Source of the DNA: the human T2T-CHM13v2.0 reference genome, Homo sapiens
DNA length: 64,000 bases
Assembly: GCF_009914755.1 (NCBI RefSeq)
Contig: NC_060933.1
Strand: one strand, 5' to 3'
Below are positions 12,320 to 30,539 of this stretch, piece by piece. The notes under the pieces are model-generated. The model made no database searches. It was not told the DNA's origin and worked only from the letters and a program-made list of their open reading frames with translations. The first letter of the stretch is position 1. Each line of letters starts with the position of its first letter. Both the position numbers and the translations under genes were made by a program.

Positions 12320-13936
12320 CTAAGCAGAGAAAAACGAGATTAATCACCTCTTCATAACAGACCCGCTCCTCCACATAAAACCAAAACCTGTTAATTCACG
12401 ATTAACTTTACATTATTTCTACTGAAAACCAATATATACCTAACATATGCCACCTGCCACACCTTAAGGTCCTGTTTTCCTTTGAGAATTTAATCCCTAA
12501 ATTATATGACTTTGAAAACATGCAAACGCAAGAAGTGCTATTAACCCAATCCACTGCCTCCCCTTCATGACAGAATCTTCTAAATGTTCTATAAAATGTC
12601 TACTGCTGGTTAGAAATAACTATTTAAAGGGATTATTTCATGCACTCAAAGAAAATCTGAATACCAACAATCATACTTAAAAATTTTTAAATTATTCAGG
12701 CTGGAAAACTTGCATGTGGCACCACTCATATGCCAGGTAATTAAATGTATAAATAGTTCATTTCAAAATTAGCCTTCCTCTGCACTTTGATTTAGTCATT
12801 CAGACATGAATAAACATACCTCTACTGGAGTCAGTAAAAGATATTACTATAGTTAACATTTGACTGTTTCACTGCCAGGAAACCCAGGAAGGGTCATTAG
12901 AGTTTGCTAATTCATCTAGAATGTACTGTATGCATTGTCATTAAGGTAGAGTCTAACTTGTAACTGTATATATACATGGTTTCAATCTCCTGGAGACTAC
13001 TGTTGGGTAATGATTTTACAAAGTCTGCAAACTCTGATGTCTTAACCTCCTCCACAGGCTGTGTGAAAATAGTGGCCAAGACTGACTGGCATATTGATCT
13101 TTTACTAGAATAATGAATGTAGTCAACGGAGAGTCTAATTCTCTGGAGTGGAGGTAGGGAAAAAAAAGTGGGCATTGTTGATGGCACAGGGATAAGGACT
13201 GGAAGTTTGACAGCAGGGAGAAAGTACTAGGAATTCAAAGCAGTACTCTCTTCCAACTCAAGGGAAGTAACATTTTAAGAGAAAAAGGAGTCTGGATGTG
13301 CCTATATTTTATCCAAACAAGTGTGTTTCTCAAAGATATAATTTGGGAGCCCTGCTTTGTACTATAACACATTACAATAAAAAGCCAAAGATAAGAGTAT
13401 AAACACTGGAGAAAGTTAAAAGCAACTACAGAGGTATATCTAATGTGAATTTAATACCAATGGAAATGAGACATCCAATATCAAATAACAGGTCAGTCTC
13501 AGGGTTGAGTCTACAGCTGCCAGTGACCACACCTTGTGCCGGGTTAGATGATGTGCCTACTTTGGACCCCAAACCTTCTAGGTGGAACCCAGACTTCAGT
13601 CTAGATGTTGAATTCTCAATACAATGAGGCCAAGCACACGTGAATTACAGAAGTTGGAAAGGATGTGAAGTTTAATTTTCAGGTCCCTTATTTCACTGAT
13701 TTAGAAAAGTGAGGTCCTAAGAAGAGACTTTTCCCAAGGTCACTCAGAAGTAAATTAATAACAGCCAGGAAAAATACCAAGATTCCTCAGTTCTTGCCAA
13801 TGCATCATGCTGCAAGAGACTATGATATCATTAATCTTAGAATTCCAGACATGCTCTTTCTGGGGCTGTGGAAAACTCTATTCTAACCAATGCATCCTGT
13901 GTTCATTCTTAAGAGAAAAAGTTTAAGGATACTTAC

Positions 13937-14017
13937 CAAATGCTTACTGATGGCACTTTGCAAGATGTCAAAGTTCTGACTTCGGGCAGGAATAACCAAT
14001 AAACTGTGAAAAACTGC
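13937..14017 (-). CDS. TEX10: TEX10 exon 12
   Basis: ttctgacag|GCA and TTG|gtaagt; [27 protein letters not shown]; 81 nt, phase 0 to 0. Confidence 0.93.
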
Positions 14018-14086
14018 CTGTCAGAAAAGGAGAAAACCACTAACCAAATCAGAACATTTTAGATCAGAAACAAGTTCAACAGATTC

Positions 14087-14375
14087 TTTTTTTTGAGACA
14101 GAGTTTCACTCTGTCGCCCAGGCTGGAGTGCAGTGATGCAGTCTCAGCTCACCGCAACCCCCGTGACCTGGCTCAAGCAATCCTCTGGCCTCAGCCTCCC
14201 CAGTAGCTGGGACTACAGGTGCACACCACCACGCCTGGCTAATTTTTGTATTCTTAGTAGAGATGGGGTTCCACCATTTTGCCCAGGCTTGTCTTAAACT
14301 CCTGGATTCAAGCAACCCACCTACCTCAAGACTCCCAAAGTGCTAAGATCACAGGTGTGAGCCACTGTGCCCAGC
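14087..14375 (-). mobile_element. Alu (AluJ-like)
   Basis: Reverse Alu with poly-T; TSD caa(c/t)agattcttt. Confidence 0.93.
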
Positions 14376-14635
14376 AATAGATTCTTTTAATACCTACTTG
14401 CTCTACATATTAATAGGAAACACATAACAAATTATTTTGAAGATGCAAATGTCAAAGATCAAACAAATAGACCTTATATATGGCCTAATTTTCCAAATAA
14501 TTCATCTACTAATCATATGTTGAATATTGAGCTAGCCCCTATTAGATGCCATGCACAGGAATAAAAGAATGAGAAACCTTCTCTTCTTTCTCATACCCCT
14601 CAAGTGGCTTACAATCTACCAACATGGAGACCACA

Positions 14636-15126
14636 CAGTAAGTCCTCTACTTAACAACTTCAGCAGGTTCTCGGAAACTATGACTTTAAGCAAAACAATG
14701 TATAATGCAATCATTTTTTCCCCCCAATCAACATTATTAAGAAACGTTTTTCAGCCAGGCCTGGTGGCTCATGACTGTAATTCTAGTACTTTGGGAGGCC
14801 AAGGTGGGAGGACTGCTCAAGCCCAGGAGTTTGAAACCAGCCTGGGCAACATAGTGGTACCTCATCTAGAAAAAAAAAAAAAGTTGGCCAGATGTGGTAG
14901 CACATGCTTGTGGTACCAGCTACTCAGGAGGTTGGGACAGGAGGATCGCCTGAGCCCAGGAGGTTGAGGCTGCACTGCAGTAAGCCATAATGGTGACACT
15001 GCACTGTAGCCTGGATGACAGAGTGAGACACTGTCTCCAAAAAATAAGTGTTATTCAAGGACCTGCCGTGTATGTCATTTCTGTTTCCTAAAGAACCTAC
15101 TGAGGATATTAAGTGAGGGCATACTG
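14636..15126. mobile_element. MER6-family Tc1/mariner-Tigger fossil split by an Alu
   Basis: Imperfect TIRs cagtaagtcctctacttaac / attaagtgagggcatactg followed by TA. Confidence 0.7.
14753..15044 (+). mobile_element. Alu (AluJ-like)
   Basis: Dimeric Alu with J-type diagnostics (gcccaggagtttga). Confidence 0.93.
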
Positions 15127-15929
15127 TATTTCTATTGAGTGCTATGACAGAAAGATCTGAGTGATATGAACAAAGGGCTAACAAAAGCTTTTTTTTGCCC
15201 ACCTGATAGAGAAATGTATCACAGAAAAATATTTATGACCCAGAAAATACAAATATCCTGTTCAATTTAATCATAACACTGCCTTCTCTAAAGGTAAAAA
15301 AGAAATCTGCACAAAAAGTAGAGAGTTAGAAGTAAAACCCCTAGTATTTTTAATTTCCTAAGTTCTCAGAAAAACAAGAAGAGTCAAGAACAGTACTAAG
15401 TCCTTCACAGATATCAGTCACAGCACAAACTCCAGAATCTGATACAGTATACTACCAAAAATGAAATATGTAAAAACATCACATGAAAAAACAAGAATGG
15501 TAGAAGGATGAATATCACTCTAGGAAGAGATCAGTCAGTTAAGTTCAAGAGAGCTGTCATCTAGCCCTGAAAAATCAAGACTTTTTATACTTGTTATTTA
15601 CAGATTTGAGAGTGTGTGGGGGGGGGAATCAACAGATCTATACATTATTTCTCTGTAAAATATCTTGTAGATATTACCCAGATATTTTACTTGGTAACTT
15701 CTTTTATACCATTAAGTAACAATGAGAAAAAACTCATTTCCAAGGCCATCTTCCTACTCCAAAACAAACATGGTGAATATTTTTATTAATCCAAACCACA
15801 TTTGAAAAGTGCACATTCAATAATGACCACTTCATCACTTCCCTTCTGCCTCCCCTTGCTGCCCTAAACAATTCAGTTCTAAAGCCAATGGCTGGAGCCA
15901 AACTAGGTAAACTCTGGCACTGGATTTGG

Positions 15930-16245
15930 TGGGAGTGCTGAGATGGCCCAGAGTAGACAGCCCGAAAGAACCAGAGCCCAAATGGAGTGAGATGAGAGGG
16001 GTGGCAGCAAAGGAAGACTAATTATAGACAGAGAAGCTGATCAAGTAAATATATTAAGTATAACTGGAGCCAGGTTTCTATCAGAGAAAGCAGGTACAAA
16101 AAAGAAACAGGATATAACTAGAATAAACTCTGTGGTGTTGAATGACTACTTTATGTCCAATAAGAGGATACGGGAGAAGCAACATCCAACAGCAATAAGC
16201 ACACCTAAATTCCACATGTTGGTTTCTAAATACCATTCTCCACTG
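15930..16245 (+). mobile_element. Old L1 (L1MC/MD-like) 3' fragment
   Basis: agccaggtttct...ctgtggtgttg...ttggtttctaaataccattctcca motifs. Confidence 0.6.
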
Positions 16246-16809
16246 TTTTTTGCAGAAAACTGGTCTGCCATAACTACTCTAATATAATCTCCTCTTTCAC
16301 AAATAGGAGACTACCTGAACTCTCCCCAAGTATCATACCAAGAAAGTTACATGTGCTACCATAACCGTATAGAAGCTGAGCTTTCCCTGAGAATTTACAA
16401 GTCACCATACAGACCCTGAGAGATAAAAGCAAGCTGAAAACCTAAAATAAACGTAAGATTTCAAGACCTATAAGTAAACACAGTACCAGGCACTATGGGT
16501 AATAAAAAGAGGATGTCATTGGCATGACCCTAGCATTGTGACCAGAGTCAAACAAAGCCATGAGAGAAATAAGTTAAATATCTATAAAAGATATAGTCCC
16601 TAGAGATAGGAAGAACATGAAGGTAATTCAAAATAAAATGAATTTATCAAGTAAATAAATTCATTGGTATACCAACAACAACAACAAAAGATTAGGTTGT
16701 AACTTGAACCTAGAGACTACCCTGTTGACAACACTGTCAAAACTGGCTAACAAAAAATAAAATTAGCCAGGAGAGAATATTACTTCATGAAAAAATGAAA
16801 TCAAAATTA

Positions 16810-17500
<691 letters not shown>

Positions 17501-17522
17501 GAGACACACACATAGGAACGTA

Positions 17523-19734
<2,212 letters not shown>

Positions 19735-22280
19735 TTCCCTTATGAACACAGACACAAAATTCCTCCACAAGATACTTGCAAATCAACTCTAAAAGCACAT
19801 CAAAGATAATATACCATGACGCAGGTTTCTATCTCAGGGGTGCAAGAATGGTTCAGTATACACAAATCAATAAATGTAATACATCACATAAACAGAATTA
19901 AGGACAAAAACCATATGATCATTTCAAAAGACACAAAAAATGCATTTGATAAAATTCAGCATCCCTTCATGATAAAAACCCTCAACAAACTAGGCATAGA
20001 AGAAACATGCCTCAAAATAATAAAGGCCATCCATATATGACAAACCCACAGCCAACATCACACTGAATGAAGAAAAGTTGGAAAGATTTCTTGTAAGAAA
20101 TGGAACAAGACAAGGATGCCCACTTTCATCATCCTATTCAACATAGTACGGGACGTCCTAGCCAGAGCAATCAGGCAAGAGAAAAAAAATAAAAGACATC
20201 CAAATTGGAAAAGAGGAAGCTGAATTATCCCTGTTTGCTGATATGATTATTTTTTAAGAGATGGAGTCTCGCTCTGTTGCCCCAACTGGAGTGCAGTGGC
20301 ACAGTCATAGTTCACTGCATCCTCAAACTCCTGGGTTCCAGCTATCCTACTGCCCCAACCTTCCAAGTAGCTAGTACTACAGGTGCATGCCACCATATCC
20401 AACTAGATGGTATGATCTTATATCTAGAAATGAATTCAAGATGTAAGATCAACATACAAAAATCAGTACATTTCTATATACCAATAACTAGTTGAAAACA
20501 AAATCAAGAAGGCAATCCCACTTATAATAGCTAAAAAAAAAAAAAAAAAAAAAAACCTAGGAATATATTTAACCAAGGAGGTAAAAGAGCTCTACAAAGA
20601 GAACTAGAAAACACTGATGAAAGAAAATGTAGATGACACAAACAAATGGAAAAACATTCAATGTTCAGATAGAAAGACTGACATCGTTAAAATGACAACA
20701 CTAACCAAATTAATCTTTAGATTAAATGAAACGGCTGTCAAAATACCAGTATCATTTTTCACAAAATTAGAAAAAAACCATCCTAAAAATAATATGGAAC
20801 CAAAACAAGAGCCTGAATAGCCAAAGCAATACTAAGCAAAAAGAGCAAAGCTGGAAGTATCACATTCCCTGTGATACTTTACATTACCTACAAGGCTGTA
20901 GTAAACACAACAACATGGTACTGCTATAAAAACAGATGCATGGATCAAGGGAACAGAATAGAGAACCAAAAATAACAGCACATATTTATAACCAACTCAG
21001 CTTTGACAAAGTCAACAAGAACTACACTGGAGATAGGACAACTTTTACAATAAATGGTGCTGAGAAAATTGGAATGTCATGCAGAAAAATGAAACTGAAT
21101 CTCTCTTACAATATACAAAAATCAACTCGAGATGATTAAACACTTAAATGTAGGACATGAAACTATAAAAATAATAAGAATCTACAGAAAACTCTTCTGG
21201 ACATTGATCTAGACAAATAATTCATGACTAAGAGCCCAAAAGCACAAGCAACAAAAACAACAATAGACAAATAGGACTTCATTACACTAAAAAATTTCTA
21301 CACAGAAAAATAACTACCTAAGCAAACAGAAAACCTGCAGAATGGGAGAAAATATAGGCAAACCATGCATCCAACAGGAGACTAATACCAAAAATTTACA
21401 ATACAAGGAACTCAAGCAACAACAAAAAATCAAATAACCCCGTTAAAAAGTAGACAAAAGGATATGAATGGGTATTTTTCAAGATGACAAATTGGCCAAA
21501 AAGGCACACATGAAAAAATGTTCAACACATTAATCATCAGAGAACTACAAATTAAAACCACAAAAAGATATCATCTCATACCAGTCAGAATGGCTATTAA
21601 GAAGACAAAAAAAACAGATATTGGTGAGGATGCAGAACTTACACACTGTTGGTGAGAATGTCAATTAGTACAACCTCTGTGGAAATCAGTATAAAGATTT
21701 CTCAAATAACTGAAAATAGAACTACCACTCAATCCAGCACTCCCACTACCAAGTATGTACCCAAAGGAAAAGAAATAATTACATCAAAAAGATACCTATG
21801 TTTATTGCAGGACTATTCACAATTCACAATAGCAAATATATGGAATTGACCTAAATGTTCACCAACGTATGCGTGGATAAAGAAAATGTGATATTTACAC
21901 ACAATGAAATACTATTTAGCCATAGAAAAGAATAAAATCATGCCTTCTGCAGCAATATGGATATAACGGAAGGCCATTATCTTAAGTGAAACAAGTCAGA
22001 CACAGACAAATGGCGCATATTCTTGCTTGTAAGTGGGAGCTAAAAATAATGTCTACTCATGGACATAGAGTGTGAAATGACATACAATAGAGACTCAAAA
22101 AGGTGAATGGGTGGGAGTGGGGTGAATGATAGGAGATTACTTAATGGGTACAGTGTACATTGTTGGGTGATACTCTCAGATACCTGATTCACCATTGTAT
22201 AGTCTTACGCATGTAACAAAACTGCATTTGTACCCCTAAATTTACATGCACACACAAAAGAATAAAAATAAACTTAAAAA
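19735..22280 (+). mobile_element. L1 (L1PB/L1MA-like) ORF2 RT region to 3' end
   Basis: [47 protein letters not shown] (L1 RT); L1 3'UTR and A-rich tail near 22260. Confidence 0.92.
20249..20403 (-). mobile_element. Alu monomer (FRAM-like) inside L1
   Basis: Single right-arm-like Alu monomer in reverse. Confidence 0.8.
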
Positions 22281-22420
22281 CTTAGAAATGAAACAAATCT
22301 TTAGTATTAATGTTTGTGATACTGTTTGTGTATTTAGTATAAGTATTTGTAACATTTAAGACAATTTTGCCTATTAGGGCAAAAGATCAGCCTTATAATT
22401 CCAATTTAAAACATGTCAGC

Positions 22421-22536
22421 AGCTGGGCATGATGCCATATGCCTACAGCCCCAGCTACTCAGAAGGCTGAGGCAGGAGGATCACTTGAGCCCAGGAATTC
22501 AAGGCCAGCCTGGGCAAAATAGCAAGATCTCTTAAA
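22421..22536 (+). mobile_element. Alu monomer (FLAM-like)
   Basis: Single monomer ending gcaagatctcttaaaaa. Confidence 0.75.
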
Positions 22537-22548
22537 AAGAAGACACCA

Positions 22549-22865
<317 letters not shown>

Positions 22866-23127
22866 CAGTAACAAAAAACTTTTTAAAGTCAGTAGTTAAT
22901 TAATTCAGACTTGTGGTTTTAATTTCAAGTTTCATTAAGTAGTACTAAAACATAAGATTTCCCATATTTATATCTTTAATTTATTAAATATCTCTAAGAT
23001 TTACTTCAATTATTTGTGAAGGTTTGTCAGAAAACTGAAGTATTGGACAAATACTATTATGGTTATTTAAGAAAATAAAAAAATTAGGTTTGTAAAAGGA
23101 ATAAAATTAAATCAAAGTCCTCTTTTA

Positions 23128-23473
<346 letters not shown>

Positions 23474-23903
23474 ATAAGACTTGTAAAACAAACTTCAAAA
23501 CTTAAAGAATTTGGGTTTTAAATTTAATTTCAATAAGTTACATAGTAATTCTTAAAACCAAAGGAACTGGTGAATAATCTACCGTTTAAAAAGTCACCTT
23601 CAAGGATACCAACTCTTACTTAAGTCTTATCCTTCAAAACCTCAAATTCTTACTCTTTCATAATGCTTTCCTCTTTTAAAAAGATGGATCTATCATTCAA
23701 ATTGCTGATTTGTTCTGTTCTAGTGGCACAATTTATAAAGAATGTTTCCCTTTTCAAACGTACTTCTCCCATCCAAGATTATAAGCACTTTAAACAAGTA
23801 TCTTTGAAAAGATCTCACACAAGGCAACTCATATATAGTAACTATTACTGGTTGATGAACTGAATTTTAATAATTATTAGTTTCTTTTTAAATGAACTAT
23901 TAC

Positions 23904-24037
23904 CTCTGTTACATCCCAGTGGTGTAAAAATTGATCCAAATCTGTAAGGTAGAGAAGCACAGGGGAAAGCTGTGTCTGGATGACATGAGGAACTCCTCGA
24001 AGGCTCTGAAGCCAAGTCAACTCCTCTTTCGAAAACC
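23904..24037 (-). CDS. TEX10: TEX10 exon 11
   Basis: gaattag|GG and GAG|gtaata; [44 protein letters not shown]; 134 nt. Confidence 0.93.
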
Positions 24038-25321
24038 CTAATTCAGGTAACAAAGAAAGCCAATTTAAAAAAACAAAAAACAAAAAACAATGACTTTCTT
24101 AAAAAACAGAGATGACATATGCCTTCAAGTGAACATTCTTTAAGCTACCTTGTTTTCTCTGAGCTTCTGCATTTCATGCTATATTTTAAAAAATAAAATG
24201 CTAGCAATGAAGACAGTTAAATTCATATAATTATATAAAAGATGTGATCAGACCCAATCTATAATATAGCAAGAAACAGGTTTTACCACTTCTACTAGGG
24301 TTTTGACAATTTTACTTAGAGTGAAAGGCATAATCTTTCCAATTAATGGTAGGTTTAAAAAAGCAAATGAGCAAGTAAAAGCAGTAATATACTCCTACAT
24401 ATATATCAAATGCTTTAGGTTCTTAGATAATAGACCTTCAAATGTTTCAAAACTACTCCATCCCCCTAGGTGTTTTTACTTTGACAATACATGTATAGTT
24501 CATTCAACAATTTCTAGTTCCCCTTACCACCTCTATTTACACTTGGCCTAACCTACACAAACAAGCTGCCAAAGTCACTCCTGAAAGGTAGTTCTCAAAA
24601 TGATCAGAATACCACTGATGTGGCCCAACCCTATCTACCTTGATGTTCAAATCACTATACTTCTGTAAGCACTACCTAAAGAGGCATCATCTAGTTTGAT
24701 AGCCATGTCATAGTACTGACTCCCAATGAGCTTTCTAAAATCACTAAAAACTTTCTGACAACTACTATTAAAACACACAGCCTCTCCCACCTCAAATGTA
24801 TACATTCATAAATATACAGTAAACATATAGGAGCTTACATTTATCTTCTGAAGTATTTATCTTGCTAGATTCAGCATAGTATTGGATCTGTCAAGTTCTT
24901 TTTGGATCCTGACACTATATTAACTCTCCTAATTTCAAGTCTTCAGAAAATTTCAAAGAATCCTATCATTATCCAAGTATACAATGAAAATATTCAAATA
25001 ATACATTTAAAATAATAGTAGTAGTACATCAAACTTAAAAATACAATAACATGACATTCAAATAATGCTCAGGGTTTTGATACTCATACTATAAGAGATT
25101 TAAAGACAAATCATCCATCCTCCTGCCTCAGAAGCCTAACAGTGTATGTAGGTTAGAAATATTCTTTCGATTTCCAGTTACTAATCACAAAAATCACTCC
25201 AAGATAGAATATTTATCATCTTCAAAACTGAACCAAACTGATAAAATGGCAAATCTTAGAAGGAGAATTGTGATTCATATTAGGTTTTTTCTTTTTTAAT
25301 CTGGCAAGTGAATGTGGTTAC

Positions 25322-25410
25322 CTGTAAGTGTGGAAAATAAGAAGCTGAAATAGTCTACATCACTCATCAACCAGTCTTTAGCTGAATACTTCCACCCAGA
25401 AAATGATGAT
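25322..25410 (-). CDS. TEX10: TEX10 exon 10
   Basis: tttttatag|A and CAG|gtaacc; [29 protein letters not shown]; 89 nt. Confidence 0.93.
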
Positions 25411-26206
25411 CTATAAAAAACAAAGGGAGAACTATTACCAGAAGTGACCAACTTGACAGACTTGTCAAAGGTAGCACAGTATATAACCATTGTTCTTTAC
25501 TGAAAACAAGTTTGATTTAGTAGCTTAAAATAAAACCCATAGTATGCCTTGTATTAATTTCATATCCAAGGGCTCAAGTACCCTAGTATGAAAGTTTGAA
25601 ATTCAAACATATTAATACAAACTTTCATTAAAAAGCATACTTGATCAACATATATAGTACAACAGAAAATTTCCATCCCATCTGAAAATCAGACTCTAAG
25701 GAGCCAAGATGAAGTTTTGCTTTTCAGTAGTAGGTTCAGCTGCTATGTATTTACTATTTGATTTTTATAGTCTTACCCTCAGCAAATGAGTTATGTTTAA
25801 ACAAGCTTCAGCTTCCTACATAACTAAGCAAAAGTATCTTAATTAGGCAAAGAAAACTTATCTTTAAAGCCACTATAAGGCAACTATGTGTTCTTATTCT
25901 TAGTAAAGTTGTAACTAGGTCTATTTCACAATAGTGCAGCTAAGGTATTGGCAGAGGACTCAAAAGGAATAGCTAAATGTAAAGCAGCTTCCCATTAAAT
26001 GAGGATTATTTGGTTCCTCCTATGAGATCAGTTTCTAGTGTCTCCTTTAAAAATTCCCTTCAAGGTAAGGCTAGGAAGAAAACAGATGTCAGTCATGGGT
26101 ATTGCAAAAAGGCTGAGAATAATCAGACAAACTTATACTAAAAATTTTTATCACAGACAACTGAATAAATATCAAACAAAATTAGGAACTTCTAATTCAC
26201 CTATAA

Positions 26207-26553
<347 letters not shown>

Positions 26554-27665
26554 CTTATTAATATTCTTAAGGAGGGGACAGGCATAAAATAATGAAAACA
26601 CTCTTCTTGAGTGTCATTCCCAGGTGATAAGCAAAGGTCTATGGGGACAATAGCACATGCTAAGGGGGTTATAAAAAGCACAGATGCTCAACACAAAGAA
26701 GTACAAAATAGTGGTTGAAAAACAAACTATTATCTTCTTGACCTCAATGAAAACAGGAAGCAATTGTGCCATCCAGTGGCCAAAAGGGGCAGCAAATTTA
26801 TTTAACAGCCTATTTAAAATTCTGACCCTGTGAAAAGTGATAAATGACAAGCAATATATCATACTGTCTTTAAAACTATGAAAACCATATATACTTTCCA
26901 AGCCTGAACACTTCTGTGAGTAAAAGGGGGTGGCTGGCGCTGATTATGCTGGGCCAAAAGGAGTAAAATGGAACTGTTCCTGGCAGACCAGGTCATATGT
27001 TCACCCTATTTAAAACCCAAGCCAAACTTCTTGGTGCAAGCCAATTTCTCCTTCCTCAGAGATTTTACCTAACACCACGGAGCATCTTTCCGTATTTATG
27101 CTTTCTGTTTCCCCAATCTGGCTATAAATAAACTGGGGTAGAGGGGTAAGAACTGAGAAAAGGCCACTGGATATTATTATGAAACACCACAAGTAGAATG
27201 GTATGAGGAAAACATCAGATTGTAAAAAAACTATAACTGGTTGGTAAAAAGGTAGAGAGAGCAATTCTAAACACATTTTTTAAAAGCTGAGAGAAAATAA
27301 ACATGAATGATTTCTAGCTGATGGGTTTTTAACACATGGAATCCTTGCTTAGGTGGTACATGTCCTGCCATTAGACAAATGCTTTAATAGAGACAGCAAG
27401 GTATCAGAACTACAAAAATTGAGCTAAACTTGATCTCACAGACCAATTAGTGTGACAAGATAAAAATCAGAAATGAGTAAAGGAGTATTGCAGAAAAATC
27501 AATCTGGCAACAGTATACAGGATGCATAGGACTGAGAAGCAACATTGTAAGAGTATAAGTGGGAAATAATTTAAAAGTTGACTATTTTATAGTCATGGTC
27601 AAGAAGAGGAGCTATTTTGAATAAAAAACTAAAGATATGAAGTAACCCAACATATGTCTGAATGA

Positions 27666-27972
<307 letters not shown>

Positions 27973-29034
27973 AGTCTTATTATGACCCTATGAAAAGTGA
28001 TAAAATGATGGTGCTATGGGCTCAAGAAGGCTGAAAAGTCCTAATTTTGTATTCTTTTTAAAAAGGGACTACTTTAGATGGGAATAATATACCTACATAG
28101 AGAGAAGTCTACTAATGGACTCTGTACAAATACTAAAAAGCAAAATTTAATTTGGTAGACTTTTAACTACAATGACAATCATTTAAATATGAGTCTGTAT
28201 TATCAGTATTTGTAAAATTAATATATTTTCCCAATTCTCGCCACTCATCGCCACAAAAAGATAAAAGCAAAAAAACCCCAAGATTTTAAAATAATCCTTG
28301 ACAAAAGTTATTAAACATAAGTGAACAGATGTTGATGAAGACATTAAATGCATCTTCCAAGGAGAATCAATTTCAAGAAACATTCAAGGGGTGATTTAAC
28401 GGAACTGAATGTAAGTTATATCTAAGGAACAGAGTGCCCTCTACTGGAAGTCAAATAAAAAACAAGCTCTTAAGTTACGGAAAATTTTTTTTAAAAATTT
28501 AACTTTTAAAAGGCCTAGCATTTTGCTTACACAAAACAAAGTGCAGTTTTTTAATATCTAAAAAGAAAAAACATGGGAAACTAATCAATATTTAAAATTC
28601 TTAAAAAATATGTCCAGGCCCCTCTAATGTGCATATACAAGGAAGAAATAAACCTAAAATTTTTAAATACAAACAATATTTTATTTATATGTTTTTCTCT
28701 GTTTTGGTAAAAGGCAAGTTTATTGTCAGTTATGAAGCACACTTCCAGTGACCAGAGTCAAATATCTGTCCTATACTGGTATGAAGAAAGTCTATTAAAA
28801 GTAAGCTACTCTTACCTACCTGAGATAGGGGATCTATACAAGAAAAGTTTTCAACTACAGCCTAGATTTCTATTTCTGCCTAAAACCACATCAGACCCTA
28901 CCCACAACCAGTAATACTGCTGAATACTAAAATACTATGACTGAAGATATATACATGAGGATACTTCCAACATGAGCAACATAAAACCTTTCAGAGTTTC
29001 AGAGTAAAATGGCACAGCCGCTATGGAAAATGGC

Positions 29035-29160
29035 ATGTAGTGCTAGCTACTTTGGAGTCCAAGGAGGGAGGATCTCCTGAGCCCAAGAGTTCAAAGCTGC
29101 AGTGAGCTATGATCATGCCACTTGCACTCTAATCTGGGCAACAGAGTGAGAACTTGTCTC
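29035..29160 (+). mobile_element. Alu monomer fragment
   Basis: gctactttgg...gcagtgagctatgatcatgccact...ggcaacagagtgag. Confidence 0.75.
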
Positions 29161-29164
29161 TTGA

Positions 29165-29466
<302 letters not shown>

Positions 29467-29940
29467 AAAACTTTTCAAGAAAGGTTAAAATGGTAAATTT
29501 TATGTTATGTTTATTATACCACCAGGAAAAAAAAAGTGAGAGATTACAAGTGATTCCTGGTCTCAGTCCACAAGCTTGTTTAATTCACCAGCTACATTAA
29601 ATTCTGAGCTCTCTGAAGAAAAGGTCTATACTGCAATTCCATAACAACAAAGGTTTGAAGTACGACACCATCACCTACCAATAAATCCCTTACTACACAC
29701 ACTTTTGATAATTCTATTTCAACCCTTATTCCAAGCTATCTATAAAAGTCATTAAACAAGTAACTTGAAACAGTCTTACTCTTGTGAACTTACTCTACCT
29801 AGTGATATAGTTTTAATTGTTGCATTAAGAGTAAATGAAAGTAGTGTATGCGACTTCAAAAGGCTTCCGTAATTCACAAATTACCAGTAAAAGGGGAAAA
29901 AGATTATACACTTAAAATACAGCTCACTTGAGCATGCTAC

Positions 29941-30118
29941 CTCATGTGCAGTATCCCGATAAGCATGGCAGCCAAACTTGAACTGAGTCTTCCCATAATA
30001 CAGCAACGACTTAACCGAGAAAGCAAATCAGCCGGCAGACTGGGTAGGAAATATACAAGCTGAACCAAACGCTGCTGAGAGTCTGCAGGGAGAACCACCA
30101 CAGCACCTTCTTGTGGAT
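29941..30118 (-). CDS. TEX10: TEX10 exon 9
   Basis: ctcactag|AT and GAG|gtagca; [25 protein letters not shown]...IGILHM; 178 nt, phase consistent. Confidence 0.92.
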
Positions 30119-30539
30119 CTAGTGAGGTGGATAGACATATTAAAAACAACTATAAAAGACATGCAAACCAGAGATTAATAAAGCAGATCAATGACTTCCA
30201 TTGAATTATGGGCTAACATTTTATGCTGAATTTTATGAATATCAATTACATAAAAGCATAATTATATTAATATCATAAAACACATATGTATGGCTTGTTA
30301 AGCTACTGCATAAAATAAAACACCAAACATAATTTAAAGATTTAATATACAAGTGTCTTGTTAGAAATAAAAACTTTCAGGGGGGTAATAAGGAAAAGAG
30401 ATTGAATGCAAAGTAAACAAGCAATTTTGCTAAACAGTGACAATTACATCAACCTGACTTAAAGCAAAAGACTTTGTTTGCTGTGTGTATATATATATAC
30501 CTACAGATATATGACCAATATTGAAAAATACATATTTAA

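Noticed and set aside
19816-21849. Reverse-transcriptase-like ORF fragments
   Set aside because: Frameshifted, stop-ridden L1 ORF2 remains; not an intact or domesticated RT.
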